This document shows, piece by piece, positions 15,813-25,704 of a DNA stretch of 64,000 bases (position 1 is its first letter; each line of letters starts with the position of its first letter). The stretch lies in contig NZ_MWQY01000009.1 of the NCBI RefSeq assembly GCF_002087085.1, positions 124,001-188,000 of the forward strand, read 5' to 3'. The notes below the pieces were generated by a model. The model was not told the DNA's origin. It did no database searches and saw only the letters and a list, made by a program, of their open reading frames with translations. A program made the translations under genes and the position numbers.

Positions 15813-17441
15813 ATGACAGAATTCTCATCCCTCGGTTTAACCGAAGAGCTCCTCAAGGGGACCTCCAAACTCGGGTTTACCACACCCACCCCGATTCAGG
15901 CCAGGGCGATCCCTGAACTTCTGAACTCCGACGGGGACTTCGTTGTACTTGCAGGCACCGGCACGGGTAAAACAGCGGCCTTCGGCCTTCCTCTGCTTCA
16001 GAAACTGGATCCCGGCTTTCGCGGTACCCAGGCCCTTATTCTGAGTCCCACCAGGGAACTCTGCTGCCAGATAGCCGAGGATCTCAAGCGCTTCTCAGCC
16101 TTTCTGCCCGAGGTTTCCATCGTTCCCGTCTACGGCGGGGCCAGCATGGGGCTTCAGATCCGGGAGCTGAAAAGGAATCCCCGGATTATCGTTGCCACCC
16201 CGGGACGACTGATCGACCACCTGGAACGGGGAAATATTGACCTTGGCCAAATCCGGACCCTCGTTCTGGACGAAGCAGACGAGATGCTCTCCATGGGCTT
16301 TCGCGAGGAACTTGAATCGATCCTGGCCCTGACTCCCGGAGATAAACAGACCTGTCTCTTTTCCGCAACCATGCCCCGGGATATCCGCGCCATGGTTCAG
16401 AACTTTCTCGACAATCCCCGGGAAATCTCCTCCCTCAAGAGCGAGGAAGAGGCAAGTACCGTTGACCACAACTACCTTATGGTCAATCACCGCGACCGTT
16501 TTGAAGCCCTGCGCCGTTTTATCGCGAAACAGCAGAATTTCTACGGCATCGTCTTCTGCCGCACAAAAGACCAGACCCGCGAGATCGCCGTGAAGCTTGC
16601 GGAGGACGGACTTTCCGCTGACGCAATCCACGGCGACCTTTCCCAGATGCAGCGGGATTACGTTATGCAGCGCTTTCGCAAAGGAGCAGTCAGCATCCTG
16701 GTCGCCACCGACGTTGCCGCCCGGGGCATCGATGTGGACAGCCTGACCCATGTAGTACATTACGAACTACCCCATGACGCCGAGTCCTACGTACACCGCT
16801 CAGGACGTACCGGCCGTGCCGGAAGAGAAGGCATGTCCCTGGCAATCGCTACCCCCGCAGACCGCCACAAGCTGCGTTCCCTGGAGCGGCGCATAAAGAG
16901 CGGGGTAAACCGCATTGAGGTTCCCACGGGGAACGAAATCCTGCAGCACAGGATAGACACCTTTGTGACGGAGCTGGAAAACGCCGAAGAACTTCCGAGG
17001 GAATCAGCCGACTGCATGAAAGGTGCCATCGAACGCCTGCGCGGCCTCTCCCAGGAGGAACTGATCGAAAAGATCCTCCACACCCAGTTCAGGGAACAGA
17101 TTGAATACTTCAGCAAAAAGCAGGACATACGAGCCGCCGTCCAGGGGCCCCGGGAACGAAAGGGCGGTTTCAGGGAACAGGACAGCAGAAAACGCGGCCC
17201 CCGGGGCAGGAACGAAGTGGATTATGTAAAGGTAAAGTTTTCCATGGGAAGCCACGAAGGCCTGACAAAATCGGAGATTATCGGTCTTGCAAACCGGGCC
17301 ATGAAGGGAATGCGATTTCCCATCGGAGAGGTTCGGCTCAAAAAGAGCAGTGCAACCATAGAGGTCCCCAGGGATATTTCCCTGGAACTTGCCCGGCGGA
17401 TCGAGGGCAAGGTAATCCGGGAAAAACGTCAGACCGCATAA
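15813..17441 (+). CDS. DEAD-box RNA helicase with C-terminal DbpA-type RNA-binding domain (DeaD/CshA-like)
   Basis: Q motif, GTGKT, PTREL, TPGR, DEAD, SAT, ARGID and HRSGRTGR motifs. Confidence 0.95.
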   Translation: MTEFSSLGLTEELLKGTSKLGFTTPTPIQARAIPELLNSDGDFVVLAGTGTGKTAAFGLPLLQKLDPGFRGTQALILSPTRELCCQIAEDLKRFSAFLPEVSIVPVYGGASMGLQIRELKRNPRIIVATPGRLIDHLERGNIDLGQIRTLVLDEADEMLSMGFREELESILALTPGDKQTCLFSATMPRDIRAMVQNFLDNPREISSLKSEEEASTVDHNYLMVNHRDRFEALRRFIAKQQNFYGIVFCRTKDQTREIAVKLAEDGLSADAIHGDLSQMQRDYVMQRFRKGAVSILVATDVAARGIDVDSLTHVVHYELPHDAESYVHRSGRTGRAGREGMSLAIATPADRHKLRSLERRIKSGVNRIEVPTGNEILQHRIDTFVTELENAEELPRESADCMKGAIERLRGLSQEELIEKILHTQFREQIEYFSKKQDIRAAVQGPRERKGGFREQDSRKRGPRGRNEVDYVKVKFSMGSHEGLTKSEIIGLANRAMKGMRFPIGEVRLKKSSATIEVPRDISLELARRIEGKVIREKRQTA

Positions 17442-17449
17442 AGGTCTAT

Positions 17450-17478
17450 AAAAAAGCGGGCCTGTGCCCGCTTTTTTT
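17450..17478. terminator. Bidirectional intrinsic terminator
   Basis: AAAAAAGCGGGC-CTGT-GCCCGCTTTTTT between convergent genes. Confidence 0.88.
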
Positions 17479-18142
17479 ATTCAAGCCTTTCGATCAGATC
17501 TTCGCCGATCTCATCGACCCGGGAATACTCACCCCTCAACTCCGGAGGTAAAAGCAGGGCCATCTGCTTCATCATCTGGTCGGTGAGGAGTCTCCGGCTC
17601 TCCTTGTTTACCCTCTCCGGGGCCGCCAGCTTGAAGGGCGTACCTACCTTGAAATGGATCTGCGTACGTTTAAAACGCTTCAGATTTTTCCAGAGATTCT
17701 GGCTCCCGTAATGTGCAACCGGCAGAATCGGAACATCGTTCTGCAGGGCCAGGGTAACCACTCCGGGATTTCCCTTTTGCAGGTGCCCGTTTCGGGAACG
17801 GGTTCCCTCGGGAGCCAGACCGATAATCGCTCCCTCGGAGAGGAGTTCCCCCACCTTTCGAAATGCCGCCGAAGGCGGTGCGCCCCGTTTCAGGGGAATC
17901 CCGCCCCAGCGCCGTGCGATGTTTTTTACCACCGGGACCCGAGAGAGTTCGACCTTCATGACACCGTATATCCTCCTCGGACGCATGAGCAGATAAAAAA
18001 GCGGGGCCTCCAGAAAATTTATGTGGTTGAACACAACCAGGAGAGGACCGGTCCGGGGGACCTTCTCAAGCTCGGAAGATTCAATACGGCAGGCGACACG
18101 AATAAGCAGATACACGAATGAGTCAAAAAGACGTCCCAGCAT
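17477..18142 (-). CDS. Lysophospholipid acyltransferase family (PlsC-like)
   Basis: NH.N..E and APEGTRS motifs; start ATG 18142 with AGGAG. Confidence 0.87.
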   Translation of the reverse strand: MLGRLFDSFVYLLIRVACRIESSELEKVPRTGPLLVVFNHINFLEAPLFYLLMRPRRIYGVMKVELSRVPVVKNIARRWGGIPLKRGAPPSAAFRKVGELLSEGAIIGLAPEGTRSRNGHLQKGNPGVVTLALQNDVPILPVAHYGSQNLWKNLKRFKRTQIHFKVGTPFKLAAPERVNKESRRLLTDQMMKQMALLLPPELRGEYSRVDEIGEDLIERLE

Positions 18143-18255
18143 GGGTTTCCTTCTCCTGTTCCTGTTGAACTGTATGATCCTCGATAAGGATCCTTGACAA
18201 GCCCTGAATGTGCCTTGAGAATATAAGCATATCTCAAGTATGTTGTCGAGGATGT

Positions 18256-20154
18256 ATGAAAGTAAAGGGAGCAGCGGGAAAGTATCTGTATGTGGACCTG
18301 ACAGGCAGGACATGGAAGGAATACCCGATACAGGAAAGAGACCAGCGTCTGTACCTGGGCGGCAAAGGTCTGGCGATCAAGATCTACTATGATCTTTTAC
18401 GTGAGCGACTCAAGGATATCCCCCCCCTGGGTCCGGAGAACCTTCTGATCATCTCAACGGGTGTGCTCCTGGGAACGAAGGCCCCCTGTTCTGCCCGTTT
18501 CGAGGTTCTTACAAAATCTCCCCTGACAAACCTGCTGGTAGGTTCATCCTGCGGCGGCCCCTTCGGCGAGGGCCTGCGTACAGCCGGCTGGGACGGCCTG
18601 ATCCTCAGTGGAAAAAGCAGGGAACTGCTGCTGCTCAGGGTCAGCAGCGATGGGGCTTTCTTTGAATCCGCGTCAAAGCTGAAAGGTCTGGGGACCGAGG
18701 CAACCCAGGAAAACCTGCAGCTGAAAAAAGACGAGGCATCCCTGTGTATCGGGCCGGCAGGAGAAAACCTGGTGCACTACGCGAACATCCGGTCCGGTCA
18801 CAGATTTGCAGGGCGCGGAGGGGTCGGAGCGGTTATGGGGGCCAAAAACCTCAAGGCCGTCGTTGTAAAGGGCTGGTCCCACACCATCGAGCCTGTTGAT
18901 CCGGAGGGTTTCAGCAGGATTTCAACGAAAACCCGGAAAATGATCCAGCGAAACCCCATATCCAAAGCCTATAAAGCCTACGGAACCTCGGCAAATGTTC
19001 GCTACGGCATGAAAGCCGGGTTCTCTCCGGTACATAATTTCCGTGACAGGTACCACCCGGAGACAAAAAAAACATCCGGCGAATACATGGCGGACCGCTA
19101 CTCATCGCGCTTCTCCACCTGCAGGCACTGCGTCATCCTCTGCGGACACAAGGGCCTGTTCCCCGACGGAAAGACCCGCCAGCTTCCGGAGTATGAGACA
19201 GTAGGGATGTTCGGGAGTAATATCGAAAACTTCGATTCCGACCTGATCGGTGTCTGGAATGAGGAAATGAACGACCTGGGCATGGACACCATTTCCGCCG
19301 GAGGTTCCATAGCCTGGGCCATGGAAGCGGCGGAGAAGGGTTTTCGTCCAAGCAGCCTGCGCTTCGGCGACACCCGGGAGATATCCGGTATGCTCAGGGA
19401 AATCGCCTTCCGGCAGGGCGAGGGTTATGAACTGGCGGAGGGAACCCGGGTCCTGAGTGAAAAATACGGCGGCCGGGAGTTCGCAATCCAGGTGAAGGGG
19501 CTGGAATGTGCCGCCTACGATCCCCGGTCATCCTGGGGACAGGGGCTCTCCTACGCTGTCTACAACAAGGGAGGCTGTCATCTGGGCTCCTACCTGGTGG
19601 GACTTGAACAGATCCTGAAGTACATGCCCCCCCATACAACCCTGGGAAAGGCATCCTGGGCGGTCTTCTGCGAGAACCTCTATGCGGCGATCAACTCCCT
19701 GCAGATATGTCAGTTTACCAGTTACGGAATCCTCACCGAACCTCTCATTCCGCGCCGGGTACCCCGCTGGGTTCTGCGGGTGCTGACCATCCTCACTCCC
19801 CGGATTTCCCAGCAGCTGATGGACTGGACTCCCCTGAACAGGATGTTCAGTACCGTAACCGGTATAAAACTCAGCAAGAACGGGCTGCTCCGGGCTGGAG
19901 AACGCATAACCAAGCTTGAACGCTGGATCAACCTCTGCATGTCTGAAACAGCCGCGGATGATTCCCTTCCCGCCCGCTTTACCGAAGAGAAGAAGACCCG
20001 CTTTCCGGGCAGGAATACGACAGTACCGATTCGTACCATGGTAAAAAAATACTACCGACTCCGGAAGTACAATCCCGCGGGCATTCCGCAGCGGGAGGAT
20101 CTGGAGCGGCTTATGGAGGAAGCCCCGTGCCCCGCCCCCTTCGAATCCGAGTAA
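18256..20154 (+). CDS. Aldehyde:ferredoxin oxidoreductase (W/Mo-pterin AOR family)
   Basis: YLGG.GL, KSPLT, IGPAGEN, AGRGG.GAVMG.KNLKA, CxxCxxxC, PEYET, DTIS and YDPR motifs. Confidence 0.92.
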   Translation: MKVKGAAGKYLYVDLTGRTWKEYPIQERDQRLYLGGKGLAIKIYYDLLRERLKDIPPLGPENLLIISTGVLLGTKAPCSARFEVLTKSPLTNLLVGSSCGGPFGEGLRTAGWDGLILSGKSRELLLLRVSSDGAFFESASKLKGLGTEATQENLQLKKDEASLCIGPAGENLVHYANIRSGHRFAGRGGVGAVMGAKNLKAVVVKGWSHTIEPVDPEGFSRISTKTRKMIQRNPISKAYKAYGTSANVRYGMKAGFSPVHNFRDRYHPETKKTSGEYMADRYSSRFSTCRHCVILCGHKGLFPDGKTRQLPEYETVGMFGSNIENFDSDLIGVWNEEMNDLGMDTISAGGSIAWAMEAAEKGFRPSSLRFGDTREISGMLREIAFRQGEGYELAEGTRVLSEKYGGREFAIQVKGLECAAYDPRSSWGQGLSYAVYNKGGCHLGSYLVGLEQILKYMPPHTTLGKASWAVFCENLYAAINSLQICQFTSYGILTEPLIPRRVPRWVLRVLTILTPRISQQLMDWTPLNRMFSTVTGIKLSKNGLLRAGERITKLERWINLCMSETAADDSLPARFTEEKKTRFPGRNTTVPIRTMVKKYYRLRKYNPAGIPQREDLERLMEEAPCPAPFESE

Positions 20155-20651
20155 AGCGCTGCCGGACTCTCTATCTCCGTCTTCTTCTCTGTATCCTTGG
20201 CCGCGCCATTCCCCGGGCGATCCGGCTGTCCCGGGAAGCACAGGAGGAATGCCGGAAATTCCCGTCGGACTTTCGCATTCTTCTTGGCCTCAGGGCTCCG
20301 GGTCCGGCTCTGATACTTGAATCCGACGGCCTGGGACGCCTCTATCGTGCCGCCGGCGCAGAGACCTCCCCGGACCTGGAGATCAGGCTCAAGAGCGTGG
20401 AAGCGGCCTTTCGTCTTTTCACCTTCCAGGAAAGTACAGCCGCCAGCGAGGCGGGAGGAAGACTGACAGCCGCCGGGAGCCTTGCCCTGGTACTCTCGTT
20501 TATCAGAATAATTGATGTGGTGGAGATCCTGCTGCTGCCCCGGGTCATTGCACAGCGGGCCGTAAAATTGTGGCACAAGCCGGACCGGCTTATTCTCAAA
20601 CGTCTGGCTCTCTATTTCAGCCTGCTTCTGCCTGCCCCGAAAAGGAGATGA
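20127..20651 (+). CDS. Hypothetical protein, possibly SCP2-like fold
   Basis: Overlaps the AOR stop and abuts the ADH start; PDL.I..KS.EAA...F...G...GSL pattern. Confidence 0.6.
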   Translation: MPRPLRIRVKRCRTLYLRLLLCILGRAIPRAIRLSREAQEECRKFPSDFRILLGLRAPGPALILESDGLGRLYRAAGAETSPDLEIRLKSVEAAFRLFTFQESTAASEAGGRLTAAGSLALVLSFIRIIDVVEILLLPRVIAQRAVKLWHKPDRLILKRLALYFSLLLPAPKRR

Positions 20652-20653
20652 CA

Positions 20654-22279
20654 ATGAAGCGTCGTATTCTGCCCACCGGGACAGTAATATGCGGAACAGC
20701 CGCGGTGGAACAGATCGGGTATGAGTTCAGTGTCCGTGGTATCAGACGTATAACTGCAGTCAGCGACAGTAAACTGCTCAATAAATCCCGGAGCCTGCTC
20801 TCCGACATGGAACCTGACCCCGGAACAGATATCAGGATAATAAGCTCTGATGAAGAACCCCCGGAGGATACCGGGGGCCTGATACTCATGGGAAGTGCCC
20901 CACTACCTGAAACGAAAAGGCGATGCCCCGTATTGAGGATCCCCCTGGTCCCTGATGATCTGTCTTCCCGGCTGCCGGGAACGGATATCCTGGTGCTGGA
21001 CCGACGGTTTTTCCGCCGCGAGGGTCTCCTCGATCAGTTTCTCAGGGAGCTCTACCGGGAGAGTCTCAGCGAGGAGAGCAGTTATCCTTTTCCCCTGCAG
21101 TTTCCCGGAATCTTTCAGTTTTCCGCCGATACCGAACTGATATGGGGAGACGGAACTCTCGGGGAGCTTGGAGAACTCCTGTCACGGGACAAAGTACGGG
21201 CGCCCATGCTTGTCACCGACAGAGGGATTGTCGCGGCGGGACTGCTCAAAGGTCTGCTGGATTCCCTTGACCCCGGTCTGGATATTATTGTCCGGGACAA
21301 CGTACCTCCCGACTCTGACCTGCAGCTCATCGGCAGCCTTACTGAAGATTACCGGGCATACCGGCGGGACGGGATTATTGCCATGGGGGGCGGATCAGTT
21401 CTGGACACAGCCAAGGGGATGATAATCAACCTTGAACTTGGGGGAAAGAATATTCTTGCCCTGGAAGGATCGAACCTGCTGTCTCCTTCGCCGGTGCCTG
21501 TGTACATGATACCCACAACTTCGGGTACCGGCTCAGAGGCCACCAGGGTCGCGGTTATCGCCGACCATAATGAAAAAAGAAAACGCCTCTTTGTCTCCCA
21601 GTTTCTCCAGCCCCGGGCGGCAATTCTCGACAGCTCCCTGACCATTTCGCTGCCCCCTTATCTGACTTCCATTACAGGAATGGATGCCATGAGTCATGCA
21701 GTGGAAGCCTTTACCTGCCTTGGCAAAAATCCGTTAAGTGATCTTATGGCCTGGCGAGCTCTGGAACTCCTGTCTGCACATCTGGAACAGGCGGTCACAT
21801 TTCCGACCCAGGCGGTCCACCGACGGGGAATGGCCTTGGCATCGAATCTGGCTGGGCGGGCCTTCTCAAACTCCATGGTTGGGATGGTCCATACAATAGG
21901 GCATGCCATCGGGGGAGTCTGCGGAGCTCCCCATGGATCCTGCATGGCAGTATTGCTGCCCTTTGCTCTGGAGTATAACGGAGACATCATCACCGAAGCC
22001 CTGGGAAAACTTCTCGTACCCCTGAAGGGCATTGACAACTACGAGCATACCGCGGCGAGTGCACGGGGCCCTGCAGTCATCAGACATATACGGGAACTGA
22101 ACAGGTCGCTGCACACTGCCACCGGAGGCAGGCATCCGTGTTCCCTGAAGGAGATAGCCGTAAAGCCTTCAGATTTCAAGGCCATTGCGGAAGCCGCCCT
22201 GGGTGACGCATCCCTGATGTATAATCCCAGGGAGCTGAGATACGGGGATATAATCGAGATTCTGAAAGAGGCCTACTGA
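20654..22279 (+). CDS. Iron-containing alcohol dehydrogenase with an N-terminal degenerate ADH-like extension
   Basis: GGGSVLDTAK, PTTSGTGSE, TGMDAMSHAVE and H..GH......PHG motifs; ATG 20654 after AAGGAG. Confidence 0.88.
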   Translation: MKRRILPTGTVICGTAAVEQIGYEFSVRGIRRITAVSDSKLLNKSRSLLSDMEPDPGTDIRIISSDEEPPEDTGGLILMGSAPLPETKRRCPVLRIPLVPDDLSSRLPGTDILVLDRRFFRREGLLDQFLRELYRESLSEESSYPFPLQFPGIFQFSADTELIWGDGTLGELGELLSRDKVRAPMLVTDRGIVAAGLLKGLLDSLDPGLDIIVRDNVPPDSDLQLIGSLTEDYRAYRRDGIIAMGGGSVLDTAKGMIINLELGGKNILALEGSNLLSPSPVPVYMIPTTSGTGSEATRVAVIADHNEKRKRLFVSQFLQPRAAILDSSLTISLPPYLTSITGMDAMSHAVEAFTCLGKNPLSDLMAWRALELLSAHLEQAVTFPTQAVHRRGMALASNLAGRAFSNSMVGMVHTIGHAIGGVCGAPHGSCMAVLLPFALEYNGDIITEALGKLLVPLKGIDNYEHTAASARGPAVIRHIRELNRSLHTATGGRHPCSLKEIAVKPSDFKAIAEAALGDASLMYNPRELRYGDIIEILKEAY

Positions 22280-22296
22280 TTCAGGAACATGAACCT

Positions 22297-23514
22297 TCAG
22301 ATCTGCCGGTATGTCTCGAGAAAGTCCTTCAGGGCTCCCAGAACGTGCTCCAGTTCGTCGACCCGGGGAAGAAATACGATCCTGAAATGGTCCGGTTCGG
22401 GCCAGTTGAAACCTGTTCCCTGAACCATCAGCACCTTCTTCTCCTTGAGAAAGTCCAGAATGAACTTCATGTCGTCCACGATTCCGAAACGGCCGGTGTC
22501 GATCTTCGGAAAGAGATAGAGTGCCCCTTGAGGTTTTACACAGGTAATTCCCGGAATGTCCGTCAGCATTCTGTAGGCGATGTCCCGCTGTTCCCGCAGA
22601 CGGCCGCCGGGAAGCAGCAGATCCTTGATGCTCTGATACCCCCCCAGGGCCGCCTGGATTGCATACTGGGCCGGCACATTGGCGCACAGCCGCATGTTGG
22701 AGAGCATGGAGAGGCCTTCGAGGTAATCCTCGGCATGGGTCCTGCGTCCGCTGATGATCATCCATCCGGCCCTGAAGCCCGCAGCCCGGTAGACCTTGGA
22801 AAGTCCGTTGAAGGTCACCATCAGAATATCATCCGCCAGGGAGGCTGTAGGGGTATGGCTTGTGTCATCGTAAAGGATCTTGTCGTAGATTTCATCGGAA
22901 AATACGATCAGGTCGTGCTGCCTGGCGAGTTCCACGATCTTTTCGAGGATCTCCCGCGGGTAGACACTTCCAGTGGGATTATTGGGATTGATAACAACGA
23001 TACCCCGGGTCCGATCAGTTATCTTCGAAGCCATATCCTCGATATCGGGATACCAGGAAGACTCTTCGTCGCAGCGGTAATGGACGGCCTTGCCGCCCGA
23101 AAGGGTCGCAGCCGCCGTCCAGAGCGGATAGTCCGGCGACGGTATCAGCACCTCGTCGCCATTGTCCAGAAGACCCTGCATTGCCATCACAATCAATTCG
23201 CTGACGCCATTGCCGATATAGATGTCCTCGATCCCGACCCCCTCGATGCCGATCTGCTGACAGTACTGCATCACCGCCTTGCGGGCAGGAAAAAGACCCT
23301 TTGAATCGATATAACCCTGGGCATCGTGAAGATTGAGCACTATGTCATGCAGGAGCTCGTCGGGGGCGTTGAAGCCGAAAGCGTAGGGATTACCGGTATT
23401 CAGCTTCATTACATGAAAGCCCTCCTCCTCGAGGCGCTGGGCTTCGCTCAAGACAGGTCCCCGGATATCGTAACAGACATCATCAAGCTTACGGGACTTC
23501 CGTATTTCCCTCAT
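22297..23514 (-). CDS. alaA: PLP-dependent alanine transaminase (AlaA-type)
   Basis: KL..VCYDIRGPV, GNGVSELI, INPNNPTG, DEIYDK, NGLSK.YR..GFR.GW and QGTGFNW..PDHFRIV motifs. Confidence 0.92.
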   Translation of the reverse strand: MREIRKSRKLDDVCYDIRGPVLSEAQRLEEEGFHVMKLNTGNPYAFGFNAPDELLHDIVLNLHDAQGYIDSKGLFPARKAVMQYCQQIGIEGVGIEDIYIGNGVSELIVMAMQGLLDNGDEVLIPSPDYPLWTAAATLSGGKAVHYRCDEESSWYPDIEDMASKITDRTRGIVVINPNNPTGSVYPREILEKIVELARQHDLIVFSDEIYDKILYDDTSHTPTASLADDILMVTFNGLSKVYRAAGFRAGWMIISGRRTHAEDYLEGLSMLSNMRLCANVPAQYAIQAALGGYQSIKDLLLPGGRLREQRDIAYRMLTDIPGITCVKPQGALYLFPKIDTGRFGIVDDMKFILDFLKEKKVLMVQGTGFNWPEPDHFRIVFLPRVDELEHVLGALKDFLETYRQI

Positions 23515-23515
23515 C

Positions 23516-24373
23516 CTATTTTTCTCCGTTCTCCGTTTTCAGGCTTCCGCCGATATCAGAATCCTCGTCATCAGAGGTATCAAGATAGTAGAGCCATTCA
23601 ACAGCCTCATCCAGAACCGTTCCGAGAACAACAATATGGACCGCTGTTCTGGCCTTTTCAGCGATCCGCAGGAATTCGGTCCGCGTATATTTCGAACGCA
23701 ATCCGGCAACCAGGGTATTCTGGTACCGCTTTGCCTCTTCGTCCTGGACTGCACAGGTGTCGAGCATATAGGCCGTCAACAGATTCAGTATCGGCGATTT
23801 TTCTTCCGTCAGGGAGAGAAACTGGATTTTTGCTTCCTCCAGCCTTCGCTGTAAAAGGAGGGCAAAACCGTAACACCAGACAATCCAGGGTCGGTCCTCT
23901 CCCCGGATTTCCAGGAACTCCCTGAAATAGTTCTCAGCCCCGGGAGGGTCATTATTCAACAGGTAGGGAATACCCAGGGAAAGCGCGAAAGAAGGCATTG
24001 CCGCAGGCCGCTTGTCCCGCAAAAGTTCCTCAATCCTGCCGATTACATTGAGACGCGAGCTTATAAGTGCGGCATTGATTGCCATGCGGACTTCCTGTCT
24101 GCGGACACGCCCCTCTTCCAGGCGACTCAGGACATACCCAATAATGCCGCCCCATTCTTCCCGTTCCAGCAGGGAAAACAGGCGCCAGTTCCGGATAAAA
24201 TAGACATTAAGGATTCCCATTATCAGGAAAAAAACCAGGGGCAGGTACCAGTTGTCAGCCCAGAACTCCTTTGTATACTCCCATCCCAGTACAGCCAGGG
24301 GCATAAAAAAGATGATTAAGAAGGAGAACAGGATAACAACGTTAAAAAGTATAAAAATTACCTTAAATTTCAC
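23516..24373 (-). CDS. Hypothetical membrane protein (2 N-terminal TM segments plus helical domain)
   Basis: 285-aa ORF, GTG start with AGGAG, co-oriented with alaA. Confidence 0.75.
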   Translation of the reverse strand: MKFKVIFILFNVVILFSFLIIFFMPLAVLGWEYTKEFWADNWYLPLVFFLIMGILNVYFIRNWRLFSLLEREEWGGIIGYVLSRLEEGRVRRQEVRMAINAALISSRLNVIGRIEELLRDKRPAAMPSFALSLGIPYLLNNDPPGAENYFREFLEIRGEDRPWIVWCYGFALLLQRRLEEAKIQFLSLTEEKSPILNLLTAYMLDTCAVQDEEAKRYQNTLVAGLRSKYTRTEFLRIAEKARTAVHIVVLGTVLDEAVEWLYYLDTSDDEDSDIGGSLKTENGEK

Positions 24374-24478
24374 CGAAATTCTCCTATAATATAAGAAGGA
24401 GTGTAAAGAATATGCCAGACCGGGTCAACGGCATGGTATTTTACTGGATTTTTACACAGATGAGGGCAGCATATTATT

Positions 24479-25639
24479 GTGAATAAGGTCGGTTTAGACA
24501 ACTTGGAAGTCAATTCGTATATAGATGCCCCGGTTTTCCTCGATGATGCGTATATAATTCTTTCGCCGGATATTCCGGTCTCACAGGAATTATTAACCCG
24601 TCTTTCCAGCTGGCATTACACCCAGGTGTATACCGACGGACAGCCGGCGGAGAAGCCCAGAAACACCGGAGAAAACGCTGAAGAGAGCAGGCTCGGGTTC
24701 CTGAAAGAGGATGTCCACGAGAGCGCCGAGCGGCAGGAGGTAAGCTCCTTCTATCAGCAGAAGGTAGAAGAGGTCCGGAGTATCTACAGCAGGTTTGCCG
24801 AACGGGAAGAACTGCGGATAGACGAGGTTACGGATATCATCAAGGATATCATATCAACCTTGAAGAGTTCCCGTCGTTTCCTGCTGAGCGTCCCCTTTAT
24901 CTCCCAGCCCGAAGAGGACTATCTTGCGTCGAGCTGTCTGAAGACAGCCATTCTGAGTCTCGCCGTGGGCGAATTTCTCAAGCTCCCCCCCCACAGACTC
25001 ATCGAGGTAGGCAGCGCCGGACTCCTGCATAAGATCGGGATGATGAAAATCCCCAGAAATATCTACATGAGCGACCGTCCTCTGAGCCCCAACGAGAGAA
25101 AAACGATCTACGCCCACCCCATAATCGGTTTCAAAATACTGAAGGCAGCAGCCTTTCCCGCCACTGTCGCCCTGGCGGTGCTGGAACATGCGGAACACGT
25201 GGACGGAACCGGGTATCCCAGGAAACTCACCAGCGACAAAATATCCCTCTACGGGAAGATCGTGGCTGTGGCAACAGCCTATAACGGGGCGGTCTCCCGC
25301 AGACCCTACAAGAAGGAGCGGGACGGTCATTCCGGTATCATGGATCTTCTGAAGGATATCGGCAAACACTTCGATGAACGAATTCTTCGAGCCCTGGTTT
25401 ACACCCTTTCGATTTATCCCATCGGCACCTACGTGGAACTTACCAACGGGGCCAAGGGGGTAGTTGTGCGAACAAATATAAACGACCCGAAGTATCCCGC
25501 CATAAAGCTTCTCCTTAACGAAAAGGGCACCCTCTACGCCGAAGCCCCTGTTCTGCAGACCAAGGAAGGAGACCCGATCCAGATTGCCCGCTCCCTTCCC
25601 CCCGACGCGGTCAGGGAATTGGAGGAAAGGCTGGGATAA
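24479..25639 (+). CDS. HD-GYP domain protein with degenerate metal-binding motifs
   Basis: GLLHKIG (HD to HK), HAE..DGTGYP, RRPYK and FD motifs; C-terminal YPIGT.VEL..G..G.V. Confidence 0.85.
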   Translation: MNKVGLDNLEVNSYIDAPVFLDDAYIILSPDIPVSQELLTRLSSWHYTQVYTDGQPAEKPRNTGENAEESRLGFLKEDVHESAERQEVSSFYQQKVEEVRSIYSRFAEREELRIDEVTDIIKDIISTLKSSRRFLLSVPFISQPEEDYLASSCLKTAILSLAVGEFLKLPPHRLIEVGSAGLLHKIGMMKIPRNIYMSDRPLSPNERKTIYAHPIIGFKILKAAAFPATVALAVLEHAEHVDGTGYPRKLTSDKISLYGKIVAVATAYNGAVSRRPYKKERDGHSGIMDLLKDIGKHFDERILRALVYTLSIYPIGTYVELTNGAKGVVVRTNINDPKYPAIKLLLNEKGTLYAEAPVLQTKEGDPIQIARSLPPDAVRELEERLG

Positions 25640-25704
25640 ATTCCCTTTCCATCGTTGACAGCCGGGGGGACTTCGGTCTACGGTTGCTCTCACGCAAAAC
25701 AACC

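Noticed and set aside
24400..24450. sigma54-like TGGCAT/CGGCAT sites in the divergent region
   Set aside because: Neither has the conserved GC at -12 with GG-N10-GC spacing.
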